Positions 8,236-18,536 of a stretch of 21,158 nt of DNA are shown here, one piece after another. The DNA comes from Candidatus Eiseniibacteriota bacterium (GTDB lineage: Bacteria > Eisenbacteria > RBG-16-71-46): contig JABFRW010000215.1 in the NCBI GenBank assembly GCA_013140805.1, forward strand, positions 1 through 21,158, in the 5' to 3' direction. Made by a program: the position numbers and the translations under genes. The notes beneath the pieces are model-generated. The model saw only the letters and a program-made list of their open reading frames with translations, was not told the DNA's origin and ran no database searches. The number at the start of each line of letters is the position of its first letter. Position 1 is the stretch's first letter.

Positions 8236-10061
8236 TCATCGCGCGCATTCGAACCGTTTCGCTGCTCGCCCTCGGCCTGCTGTTGCTCGCGCTGGCGACC
8301 GGCTGCGGCGGCAGCACCGGAGTCGCCGCTTCGAGCTACAAGGATCCGTTCCCGCTCCCTCGCGACACCATGCAGTTCGTGGCGAAGGAAGTCGGCCGCC
8401 ACGGCGGGCGCTTCGTGATCGGACAGACCTCGGCGCCCAAGTCTTTCAACGCGATCATGGCGAACGAGACCTCGTCCACCGACCTGACGCAGTTGTTGTT
8501 CGTGGGGCTCAGCGAGTACGACAACGGCCGGCAGGTCGAGATCCCGATGGTGGCCAAGAGCTGGGACCTGAGCGAGGACGGCCGTCGCTGGACCTATCAC
8601 ATGCGGCGCGGCGCGGCGTTCTCGGACGGGCACCCGATCACCTCGGCGGACGTGCTGTTCTCGTTCGAGGTGACCTATGACGAGACGCTCCATCCCTCGA
8701 TGCAGGAACTCATCAAGGTGAATGGAAAGCCGTTTCAGATCAGCGCACCCGATTCGTACACCGTCGTGTTCGACATTGCCGAGCCCTACGTGCTCATGAA
8801 TGCGGTCGTGGGTTCGGTCCGCATCATGCCGAAGCACATCCTGGAGCCCGCGTTTCGCGGCGGCAATTTCGCAGCTGCCTACAACTCGAACACAGCTCCC
8901 GAGAGCCTCGTGACGAGTGGGGCCTGGAAGCTCAAGAGCTTCGTGCCGGGCGAGAAGACGGTGCTGACGCGCAATCCGTACTGGTTCGGCGTCGACTCGA
9001 AAGGGCAGCGCCTCCCGTACCTCGACGAACTGACATTCGTGATCGTGCCGGATCAGAACACCGCATTCCTCAAGTTCCAGGCCGGCGATCTCGACGCGCT
9101 CGACAACGTCAAGCCCGAGGACTACAAGACCTACGAAGACATGCAGAAGTCGCATGACTTCACGCTCCACGAGATCGGACCGAGCCTCAACACGAATTTC
9201 TTCTGGTTCAATCTCAACCGGGTGCACGAGCCGAAGCCGGGCCGCAAGCTGGGCTCGACTTACCTCGACGCGACCAAGTACGCCTGGTTCAGCGACGTGC
9301 GCTTCCGGCGCGCGGTGTCGATGGGGATCGATCGCGAAGCGATGATCCGCGGAGTGTTCTTCGGAGACGCGGTCAAGAACTGGGCGACGTACACCGCCGG
9401 CAACAAGCTGTGGTACGACCCGACCATCACGGGCGCCGACTACGATCCCGAAGGCGCGAAGCGGCTGCTCGCGGAGGCCGGCTTCAAGGATCGCGACGGC
9501 GACGGCGTGCTCGAGGACGCGAAGGGCCACACCGTTTCATTCACGATCAAGACGAACGGCGACAACGTGACGCGCGTGCAGATGGCGAACTTCATCAAGG
9601 ACGACCTGGCGAAGATCGGCATCAAGTGCATTCCGACCCCGGTCGACTTCAACACCTTGATCACGAATCTGCGCCAGGACTTCCAGTACGAAGCCTTGCT
9701 TCTGGGGCTGTCTTCCGCGGTACCGCCGGACCCGGGCATGGGGCAGAACGTGTTCCGCTCGAGCGGTCTCACGCACTACTGGAACATCAAGCAGCCCCGG
9801 CCCGAGACGCCCCAGGAGGTCGAGATCGATCGCCTGATCGGCGAGAATGTCGGGACCTTCGACATGGCGATCCGCAAGGCCACGCTCCATCAGATCTTCG
9901 AGATCTGGAATCGCGAGGTCTACACGGTGTGGCTTCCGACTGTGATCATGAAGCTCCCGGTGAGCAATCGCTTCGGTAACACCGAGCCGGTGCCGATTCC
10001 GCATCGCATCCTGTGGAACATCGACCGGGTGTTCGTGAAGTCGCCCGGTCGACCGGCGTGA
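8232..10061 (+). CDS. ABC transporter substrate-binding lipoprotein, family 5 (peptide/oligopeptide/nickel type), 609 aa
   Basis: ATG 8232 forms an ATGA overlap with the upstream stop. The lipoprotein signal is LLALGLLLLALATGC. Length and motifs fit SBP_bac_5. It is followed by cognate permease and ATPase genes. Confidence 0.8.
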   Translation: MIIARIRTVSLLALGLLLLALATGCGGSTGVAASSYKDPFPLPRDTMQFVAKEVGRHGGRFVIGQTSAPKSFNAIMANETSSTDLTQLLFVGLSEYDNGRQVEIPMVAKSWDLSEDGRRWTYHMRRGAAFSDGHPITSADVLFSFEVTYDETLHPSMQELIKVNGKPFQISAPDSYTVVFDIAEPYVLMNAVVGSVRIMPKHILEPAFRGGNFAAAYNSNTAPESLVTSGAWKLKSFVPGEKTVLTRNPYWFGVDSKGQRLPYLDELTFVIVPDQNTAFLKFQAGDLDALDNVKPEDYKTYEDMQKSHDFTLHEIGPSLNTNFFWFNLNRVHEPKPGRKLGSTYLDATKYAWFSDVRFRRAVSMGIDREAMIRGVFFGDAVKNWATYTAGNKLWYDPTITGADYDPEGAKRLLAEAGFKDRDGDGVLEDAKGHTVSFTIKTNGDNVTRVQMANFIKDDLAKIGIKCIPTPVDFNTLITNLRQDFQYEALLLGLSSAVPPDPGMGQNVFRSSGLTHYWNIKQPRPETPQEVEIDRLIGENVGTFDMAIRKATLHQIFEIWNREVYTVWLPTVIMKLPVSNRFGNTEPVPIPHRILWNIDRVFVKSPGRPA

Positions 10062-10083
10062 TCGGCGCATGAACGTGCGGCCC

Positions 10084-10130
10084 CGTGGCGCGTCCACTCC
10101 CGATCGGGAGCGGCGCGCTCGCCGCGCCAC
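10084..10130. other. Nested inverted repeats (CGTGGCGCG...CGCGCCACG enclosing GCGGCG-cgct-CGCCGC) in the SBP-permease spacer; possible intra-operon attenuator or stabilising hairpin
   Basis: The 9-bp arms at 10084-10092 and 10122-10130 are exact reverse complements. An inner 6-bp stem with a 4-nt loop sits between them. No T-run follows. Confidence 0.3.
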
Positions 10131-10137
10131 GTGACCC

Positions 10138-11106
10138 ATGCGGACCTTCATCCTCCGGCGCATTCTGCAGACCATCCCGCTTCTGATCGGGATCTCGGCG
10201 CTCACGTTCCTGTTGCTCCAACTCGCGCCGGGCGACTTCCTCAACACCATGGCCGAGAACCCCGGCATCTCAGCCGAGAGCATCGAGGCGATGCGCCGGC
10301 GTTTCGGACTCGATCAGCCCTGGTACCTCCAGTACGGCATCTATCTGAAGAACGTCTTTCTGCATTTCGACTTCGGCGAGTCGTTCTCGCGTCATCAGCC
10401 GGTCTTCACAGTGCTGAAGGAGGGCCTCCTCAACACCCTGCTGCTTGCGACCTCGGCGGCGGTGGTGACGTGGGGCCTCGCGATTCCGCTCGGCGTCTGG
10501 GCGGCGGTTCGTCAGTACGGCGCAGTCGACAAGACGCTCTCGCTGATGGCATTCGTCTGGCTATCGATCCCCGAGGTGTTGTCCGGGCTCTTGCTGCTGT
10601 TTCTCGCCGCCAAAACCGGGCTGTTTCCAGTCGGCGGGATGCGTTCGCTGGACTGGGAGACCATGGATCTGGGCGCGCGTCTGTTCGATCTCGCCCACCA
10701 CCTCGCACTGCCGGCGCTGGTGACCGGACTGATCCCTCTCGCCAGCCGCATGCGACAGATGCGCGGCAATCTGCTCGACGTGCTGCGCCTGGACTACATC
10801 ACGACCGCGCGTGCCAAGGGGCTCTCGGAACGCACCGTGATCTTCAAGCATGCCGCGCGCAACGCGCTCAACCCGCTCATCACGCTGTTCGGTTTCACGC
10901 TCGGAGCGCTGGTGTCGGGAGCGTTCGTGTCCGAGATCATCTTCGCGTGGCCGGGCCTCGGACGTATCACGCTCGAAGCGATCCAGACCCAGGATCAGTA
11001 TCTGGTGCTCGGATCGGTCCTGATGGCATCGGTGGTGCTCGTGGTCGGGAATCTGATCGCCGACCTGCTGCTCGCGGTCGCGGATCCGAGGATCAGCTAT
11101 GACTGA
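10138..11106 (+). CDS. ABC transporter permease (DppB/OppB-like, BPD_transp_1)
   Basis: The N-terminus MRTFILRRILQTIPLLIGISALTFLLLQLAPGDF is the classic DppB/OppB start. There are six or more hydrophobic helices. Confidence 0.85.
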   Translation: MRTFILRRILQTIPLLIGISALTFLLLQLAPGDFLNTMAENPGISAESIEAMRRRFGLDQPWYLQYGIYLKNVFLHFDFGESFSRHQPVFTVLKEGLLNTLLLATSAAVVTWGLAIPLGVWAAVRQYGAVDKTLSLMAFVWLSIPEVLSGLLLLFLAAKTGLFPVGGMRSLDWETMDLGARLFDLAHHLALPALVTGLIPLASRMRQMRGNLLDVLRLDYITTARAKGLSERTVIFKHAARNALNPLITLFGFTLGALVSGAFVSEIIFAWPGLGRITLEAIQTQDQYLVLGSVLMASVVLVVGNLIADLLLAVADPRISYD

Positions 11107-12261
11107 TCCACGTACGTCGACGCCGGCGGCCGCCAGCGCAGCGGCCGACCCGTCCGCGCTCGAGATCCTTGCGAAGCCGCCCGAAAGTCCGGCGCGCATT
11201 TTCTGGCAGCAGTTCCGCAAAAGCCCGGTCGCGGTGACGGGCGGCGCCATTCTGCTCGCGCTGTACGGCCTCGCCCTGTTCGCGCCGTTCGTCTCGCCCT
11301 ACTCGCCGGAAGAGATGGATCGGAATCGCTTCTACCACGCACCTCAGGCTCTGCACTTTCGCGACGCCTCCGGCCGGTTCTCGGCGTGGCCGCACGCGTT
11401 CCCGACCCGCATCGCCGATCCGCGCGCGTTTCGGTATGAAGAAGATCCGGCCGGCGCGACGCCGCTGCGGCTGTTCGTGAAGGGCGCGCGTTACCACTGG
11501 CTGGGCGTGATTCCGATGGATCGGCATCTGTTCGGAGTCGATGCGCCGGTGCGGTTCTACCCGTTCGGCACCGATCCGAATGGACGAGATGTGCTGTCGC
11601 GGTTGCTCTACGGCGCCCAGATCTCGCTCACGGTCGGACTGATCGGCATTGCGATCTCGTTCACGCTCGGCCTGCTGCTGGGCGGTATCTCGGGGTACTT
11701 CGGGGGCTGGGTGGACTCGATCATCATGCGATTCACGGAATTGCTGCTCAGCATCCCCGGCCTCTACCTGCTGATCGCGCTGCGTGCCATCTTCCCCGTC
11801 GACCTTCCGAGTCAGCAGGTGTACCTGGGCATCGTGGTGATTCTCGCGCTGATCGGCTGGGCCGGCCTCGCGCGCATCATCCGCGGCATGGTGCTCTCGA
11901 TCCGACGCGCGGAGTACGTGGCCGCGGCCGAGGCGCTCGGCATGAGCCGACTGCGGATCATCGCGCGACACATTCTGCCGAACACCATGTCGTTCGTGAT
12001 CGTCGCGGCGACCATCTCGATTCCCGGCTACATCCTTGGTGAAGTCGTGCTGTCGTTTCTGGGGCTCGGCGTGCAGGAGCCGGCCGCCTCGTGGGGCAAC
12101 ATGCTGGCGCAGGCTCGCAGTCTTCGCGTGCTCACGTCGTTCCCGTGGATGCTGCTGTTCCCCGGCAGCGCGATCTTCGTGACGGTGCTGGCATTCAACT
12201 TCCTCGGTGACGGACTGCGCGACGCGCTCGACCCGCGCCGCGTGCTCGGAGGCAAGACCAC

Positions 12262-12265
<4 letters not shown>
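11099..12265 (+). CDS. ABC transporter permease (DppC/OppC-like) with an extended N-terminal region, 388 aa
   Basis: ATG 11099 overlaps the upstream stop by 8 nt. Core motifs [17 protein letters not shown] and the EAA-loop region ([21 protein letters not shown]) are present. Confidence 0.85.
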
Positions 12266-14311
<2,046 letters not shown>

Positions 14312-14840
14312 CACCCCGGCCGCTTCGAGCGATCGCGAGCGACTTTCCCCATCCATGCCGAATGCTCGGGCGAATTGACCCCCTGCGCGAGACCGGGAAC
14401 TACAATCGCCCGACGCTGGATCTACTCCACTGGCTGAGATCACGAAGGCAATGATCTGCAAAGCAACGAATTGCGCGGACGGGGTCGAGCTGAAGTGCTG
14501 GCTTCGAGCAGCGTGGCACCTGGCTTGCGGTGTTAGTTCCTCGAACGCCGATCCGGCGGTTGCGGACCGGCAACGACATCGCAACACCAGGTTGTTCCCT
14601 GTTCGACTCGTGATTGGCCGGCTGTGGGCTGATCCCCCTATCGCGAGCGAAGGAGTCTTACGGACCGGTACACGGTCGATACGGGGAACTTTTTAGGGCT
14701 CCGCCAGCGGCACATGCCTCCCAGCTAGACACCCGAGGCCGCAGCGGAGCCCATGACTTTTCGTCCGGAGTTCGTCGAGGTGCGTGTTCGTTCCGCGCCT
14801 CCGATGTCCGCGGTCGCTCGAGACCTCCGGCTCTCGCGCG

Positions 14841-14869
14841 TTGATTCGCTCCGCAAGCCCTGTTAGCTT
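14841..14869 (+). promoter_or_regulatory. Candidate sigma70 promoter (TTGATT -17- TAGCTT) ~80 bp upstream of the BMC operon
   Basis: The hexamers at 14841-14846 and 14864-14869 have an exact 17-nt spacer. This is the only good match in the leader close to the first BMC-H start. Confidence 0.3.
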
Positions 14870-14949
14870 CGCAGCTTCCATGGGATCCGGTGCGGCTCGG
14901 CCGGGCCGCCTTTCGGGTCGCACCCTTGCGGAGAGCGAGCGAACCTCAC

Positions 14950-15231
14950 GTGCCACGCGAAGCCCTGGGACTCATCGAGACCCGTGGGCTGATCGCCGCC
15001 ATCGAGGCGGCGGACGCGATGTGCAAGACGGCGTCGGTCCGTCTGGTTCGCTACGAGAAGATCTCCGGAGCGCTCGTGACCGTCTGCATTCGGGGCCCGG
15101 TGGCTGACGTCGAATCCGCGGTGGAGGCCGGCGCGCGAGCGGCGGCGCGGTTGGGAGCGGTCGTCGCCCACCACGTCATTCCGGCACCCGATCCGCAACT
15201 CGAAGACCGACTCGCGGGACCCGCGCGCTGA
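14950..15231 (+). CDS. BMC-H shell protein (Pfam00936 single BMC domain), divergent paralog
   Basis: [58 protein letters not shown] is a canonical BMC-domain sequence. The start is chosen as GTG 14950 to give the usual ~93-aa size. In-frame ATG 14890 would add a 20-aa extension. Confidence 0.85.
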   Translation: MPREALGLIETRGLIAAIEAADAMCKTASVRLVRYEKISGALVTVCIRGPVADVESAVEAGARAAARLGAVVAHHVIPAPDPQLEDRLAGPAR

Positions 15232-15265
15232 ACGGCGGCCCGATTCCACTGGCAGGGAGGGCGGC

Positions 15266-15565
15266 ATGCAGGAAGAGGCTCTGGGACTCATCGAGACCCG
15301 CGGGTTCGTGGCGATGGTCGAGGCGACCGACGCGATGGTGAAGGCGGCACGGGTTCAGCTGGTGCATTACGAAAAGATCGGCGGCGGCTACGTGACCGCC
15401 GTGGTACGCGGTGACGTCGCCGCAGTTCGCGCCGCGACCGAAGCAGGTGCCGCCGCCGCCGCCCGCGTGGGTGAGGTGGTTTCGGTGCACGTGATTCCGC
15501 GCCCGCACGGCCAGCTCGAGGACGCGCTGCCGATCGGCCGCGCCGCCGCTCCGGCCAAGAAGTAG
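15266..15565 (+). CDS. BMC-H shell protein (canonical hexamer paralog)
   Basis: The sequence [81 protein letters not shown] fits the PduA/EutM/CcmK pattern. SD GGGAGGG lies 5 nt upstream. Confidence 0.9.
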   Translation: MQEEALGLIETRGFVAMVEATDAMVKAARVQLVHYEKIGGGYVTAVVRGDVAAVRAATEAGAAAAARVGEVVSVHVIPRPHGQLEDALPIGRAAAPAKK

Positions 15566-15571
15566 CGTTCG

Positions 15572-15877
15572 ATGATTCTCGCGCAGGTGCTGGGGACCGT
15601 CGTCTCCACGCGCAAGGACCGCGGCCTGGTGGGGCTCAAGCTGATGCTGTGTCGCGAGCTCGACGCCACGCTGAAGCCGCTCGGCAACTACGTCGTGGCG
15701 GTGGACGCGGTCGGTGCCGGCACCGATGAAGTCGTGCTGGTCGCGAGTGGTTCGTCGGCGCGCCTCACGGAAGCCTCAAAGGACAAGCCGGTCGACGCCG
15801 TGATCACGGGGATCGTGGACGTGGTCGAGGTCGGGGGTCGCGACGTCTACTCGAAGCGTGAAGGTGTGACGGCGTGA
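15572..15877 (+). CDS. BMC-P vertex (pentamer) protein, EutN/CcmL/PduN family
   Basis: MILAQVLGTVVSTRKD...VAVDAVGAGTDEVVLVASGSSAR...DAVITGIVD matches the Pfam03319 pattern. Confidence 0.85.
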   Translation: MILAQVLGTVVSTRKDRGLVGLKLMLCRELDATLKPLGNYVVAVDAVGAGTDEVVLVASGSSARLTEASKDKPVDAVITGIVDVVEVGGRDVYSKREGVTA

Positions 15878-17310
15878 GCCGCGAGACGCTCGGCACCGCG
15901 CTCGATGCCCGCCGCATCAGCGGGATCGTCGCCGAGGTGCTCGAAAAGCTCGATCGAGGCTCGGCGTCCGCCGGCGGGAGCGCACCGCTCGGAATTCATC
16001 CAGACCTCGACACGGCCGTCCGCGCCGCGCGCGATTCGTTCAAAGCCTTCGACGAGGTGCCGCTCTCGACCCGTCAGGCGGTGATCGACTCGATCCGCTC
16101 CACGCTCGCCACCCAGTATCGGACGCTCTCCGAGCTCGCGGTCGAGGAAACCGGGTTGGGGCGCGTCGACGACAAGATTCTCAAAAACCGCCTCGTCACC
16201 GAGAAGACGCCGGGCACCGAGGACCTCGCGCCGATCACCTGGACGGGTGACCACGGCCTGACGCTTGCCGAGCGGGCACCCTATGGCGTCATCGCGGTCA
16301 TCACGCCGGTCACCAATCCGAGTGAGACCGTGATCAACAACGGCATCTCGATGATCGCGGGCGGCAATACCGTGGTGCTGTGCCCACACCCGAACGCGCG
16401 CCGGGTCTCGAATCTGACCGTCGATCTCATGAATCGTGCGGCGCGCAAGGCCGGTGCTCCGCTGCCGCTGATCCACTCGGTCGACGAGCCGACACTCGAG
16501 GTCGCTCAGGCGTTGCTGCGCTACAAGGGTATCCGACTGAACGTGGTCACCGGCGGTCCCGCAGTGGTGCGCGAGGCGCTGGCCGCGAGCAAGAAGGCGA
16601 TCACCGCGGGGCCCGGCAATCCGCCCGCGGTGGTGGACGAGACCGCGGACCTCGAGAAGGCCGGACGCGATCTGGTGATGGGCGGCTCGCTCGACAACAA
16701 CATCATCTGCACCGACGAGAAGGAGATCGTGGTGGTTTCGGTCATCGCCGATCGTCTCAAGGAAGCGATGGCGCGCGCGGGTGCGGTGATCCTCGCGCCG
16801 CATCAGATCGAAACGCTGCGCCGGGTGGTGTTCGAGAAGGAGCAGGGGCCGCGAAAGTACGCGATCATCCAGCGTCGCTTCGTCGGCAAGAACATCGACG
16901 TGATCCTGCGCGAGGCCGGAATCCCGTGCGATCCGACCAAGCGCATGGCGGTGTGCGAGGTCGACGCCGATCACCCGTTCCTGTGGACCGAGATGATGAT
17001 GCCGATCATGCCGCTCACGCGGGTCCGAACCGCCGACGACGCGATCGATTTCGCGATCGAGGTGGAACAGGGCAATCGGCACACCGCTTCGATGCACTCG
17101 CGCAACATCGAAAAACTCTCGCGCATGGCACGCGAGTGCGACTGCTCGATCTTCGTCAAGAACGGTCCGAATGCCGCGGGACTGGGCTTCGGGGGCGAGG
17201 GACCGACCAGTTTCACGATCGCGAGCCCCAGCGGCGAGGGCATGACCACGGCGCGCAGCTTCACGCGCTTCCGTCGTTGCAGTCTGATCGACTCGTTCCG
17301 GATCGTGTGA
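15874..17310 (+). CDS. CoA-acylating aldehyde dehydrogenase (PduP/EutE-like) with N-terminal encapsulation-peptide-like extension
   Basis: GTG 15874 forms a GTGA overlap with the BMC-P stop. The Rossmann region is GVIAVITPVTNPSETVINNGISMIAGGNTVVLCPHP. The catalytic Cys context is NNIICTDEKE. The N-terminus contains the amphipathic helix RISGIVAEVLEKL followed by the G/S/A linker DRGSASAGGSAPLG. Confidence 0.85.
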   Translation: MSRETLGTALDARRISGIVAEVLEKLDRGSASAGGSAPLGIHPDLDTAVRAARDSFKAFDEVPLSTRQAVIDSIRSTLATQYRTLSELAVEETGLGRVDDKILKNRLVTEKTPGTEDLAPITWTGDHGLTLAERAPYGVIAVITPVTNPSETVINNGISMIAGGNTVVLCPHPNARRVSNLTVDLMNRAARKAGAPLPLIHSVDEPTLEVAQALLRYKGIRLNVVTGGPAVVREALAASKKAITAGPGNPPAVVDETADLEKAGRDLVMGGSLDNNIICTDEKEIVVVSVIADRLKEAMARAGAVILAPHQIETLRRVVFEKEQGPRKYAIIQRRFVGKNIDVILREAGIPCDPTKRMAVCEVDADHPFLWTEMMMPIMPLTRVRTADDAIDFAIEVEQGNRHTASMHSRNIEKLSRMARECDCSIFVKNGPNAAGLGFGGEGPTSFTIASPSGEGMTTARSFTRFRRCSLIDSFRIV

Positions 17311-17864
17311 TGAACGTCTCCATTGCAGCCATCGAAACCAGCTCCATCGCACAAGGTGCGGTGGTGGGCGACGCGATGGTCAAAACCGCCGAAGTCGAGC
17401 TGATCGAGGCCCGCACGCTCTCGCCCGGCAAGTTCTGGGTCCTGATCGGTGGGGGTGTGGCCGAAGTTCGCGCAGCGCACCGGCGCGGACTCGACGCGGC
17501 GGCCGAGACGCGACTCGACGATCTGCTCATTCCGCAGCTTCATCTGGATGTCATGCCGGCGCTCAAGGGACGTGTGACGGGCCCCGATCACGACGCGCTG
17601 GGCGTGATCGAAACCCTGACCGCAGCGGCCACGATCGTGGCCGCCGACCGAGCCAGCAAGACTGCCGGCATCCTGTTGCGCGAAATTCGGCTCGCGAACG
17701 GTCTCGGGGGCAAGGGCTTCGTGACGCTGTCGGGCGATGTCGCGAGCGTTCAGGCTGCGGTCGAGGCCGGCAAGTCGGAGGCGCAGCGTGGCGGGCTGCT
17801 GGTGCGCGCGGTCGTGATTCCGCGACTTCACGAGCAGATGAAGTCGCGGCTGTGGGTGCGGTGA
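17310..17864 (+). CDS. BMC-T shell protein (tandem BMC domains, PduT-like, 184 aa)
   Basis: ATG 17310 shares its A with the upstream TGA. There are two BMC-domain repeats (IAAIETSSIAQGAVVGDAMVKTAEVELIEA... and DALGVIETLTAAATIVAADRASKTAGILLREIR...). The protein contains no cysteine, so a PduT-type Fe-S site is not possible. Confidence 0.8.
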   Translation: MNVSIAAIETSSIAQGAVVGDAMVKTAEVELIEARTLSPGKFWVLIGGGVAEVRAAHRRGLDAAAETRLDDLLIPQLHLDVMPALKGRVTGPDHDALGVIETLTAAATIVAADRASKTAGILLREIRLANGLGGKGFVTLSGDVASVQAAVEAGKSEAQRGGLLVRAVVIPRLHEQMKSRLWVR

Positions 17865-17868
17865 CGCC

Positions 17869-18159
17869 ATGCACTTCGCGCGCGTGATCGGCACCGTCGT
17901 CTGCACCGAGAAGGTGCCTTCGTGGCGCGGCCAGCGACTCCTGATGTTGCAGCCGACGACGCCCGGCGGTGAAGACCTGGGCCGCCGCGTGGTGGCAATC
18001 GATCTGGTCTCGGCCGCGCCGGGTCAACAGGTGTTCTACGTGCGCGGCCGCGAAGCAGCGACCGCGCTTGCGAACCCCGACAATCCCGCCGACGCCGCGA
18101 TCGTGGGTATCGTCGATCAGGTCAGCGAGTCCGATGCTCCGGCGGGAGCTCGAGCCTGA
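17869..18159 (+). CDS. BMC-P vertex protein (second paralog)
   Basis: MHFARVIGTVVCTEK...VVAIDLVSAAPGQQVFYVRGREA...DAAIVGIVD matches the EutN/CcmL family pattern. Confidence 0.8.
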   Translation: MHFARVIGTVVCTEKVPSWRGQRLLMLQPTTPGGEDLGRRVVAIDLVSAAPGQQVFYVRGREAATALANPDNPADAAIVGIVDQVSESDAPAGARA

Positions 18160-18428
18160 TGCAGATCGCGCGCGTCATGGGGGAGGTGGTCGCGACCACT
18201 CACCACCGCGATCTGGATGGGCGCAAGCTGTTGCTCGTGCAGCCGGAGAATCCCGACGGCTCCGCGCGTGGGGGCCGCGTGATCGCGGTCGACGCGTCTC
18301 AGGCGGGGGTCGGGGATCGGGTGCTGGTCGCCGACGAGGGGAATGCCGCCGCCCAGGTGCTGGAACGTGGCCGCGGTGCGATCCGCACCGTGATCGTCGG
18401 GATCATCGACGATGTGGCCGGGGGATGA
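18159..18428 (+). CDS. BMC-P vertex protein (third paralog)
   Basis: MQIARVMGEVVATTHH...VIAVDASQAGVGDRVLVADEGNAA...RTVIVGIID matches the family pattern. The TGATG junction overlaps the previous stop. Confidence 0.8.
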   Translation: MQIARVMGEVVATTHHRDLDGRKLLLVQPENPDGSARGGRVIAVDASQAGVGDRVLVADEGNAAAQVLERGRGAIRTVIVGIIDDVAGG

Positions 18429-18536
18429 GGTCCGTGCTACTGTCCCCGGCCGAATCGCGCTCCGCCGCGCCCCCGATGCGGCGCGGAGCGATTGCTCCGC
18501 GCAGTGACTCAGCGTTCTGACCGGGAGGGCCGCACC

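Noticed and set aside
8169-9530. Long minus-strand ORFs (for example 8169..9530, 12028..13485, 15847..17352, 18117..19982, 3996..5153, 1490..2440, 5039..5992, 6093..6740, 92..619)
   Set aside because: Each lies antisense to a + strand gene with clear family motifs (SBP, ABC ATPases, AldDH, RNase R and others). Their translations are Arg/Ala/Pro-rich low-complexity sequences with no recognisable motifs. This is the classic shadow-ORF pattern in ~70% GC DNA.
10131-11102. Alternative + strand ORF (323 aa) overlapping the permease gene in another frame, and similar frame-shifted ORFs (1540..2334, 2628..3458, 3950..5182 portion, 7599..8231 portion, 12207..13694, 16380..17309 portion)
   Set aside because: The co-located frames carry canonical permease, ATPase, AldDH or SBP sequences. 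These alternatives are Arg/Gly/Pro-rich out-of-frame artefacts.
14595-14625. tRNA-like GTTCGACTC T-loop-like string
   Set aside because: No flanking 5-bp T-stem, acceptor stem or anticodon arm could be formed. It is not a tRNA.
14660-14695. GACCG-gtaca-CGGTC stem followed by a TTTTT run
   Set aside because: The stem is only 5 bp, and 12 nt separate it from the T-run. This is unlikely to be a functional intrinsic terminator.
14451-14696. 81-aa ORF (MICKATNCADGVELKC...) in the BMC leader
   Set aside because: Its codon usage (AAA, GCA, AAT, GTT, AGT, TTA, ATA) is atypical for this genome. It has no SD and no recognisable domain. It is more likely non-coding regulatory sequence.
14890-14949. 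ATG 14890 as the start of the first BMC-H (113 aa with [22 protein letters not shown] extension)
   Set aside because: BMC-H proteins normally begin a few residues before the ALGxIETRG motif. GTG 14950 gives the canonical length. The ATG is kept only as an alternative.
18453-18496. Possible terminator hairpin after the last BMC-P gene
   Set aside because: The inverted repeat is imperfect (6-bp stem, 10-nt loop) and is not followed by a T-run. It is not convincing as an intrinsic terminator.
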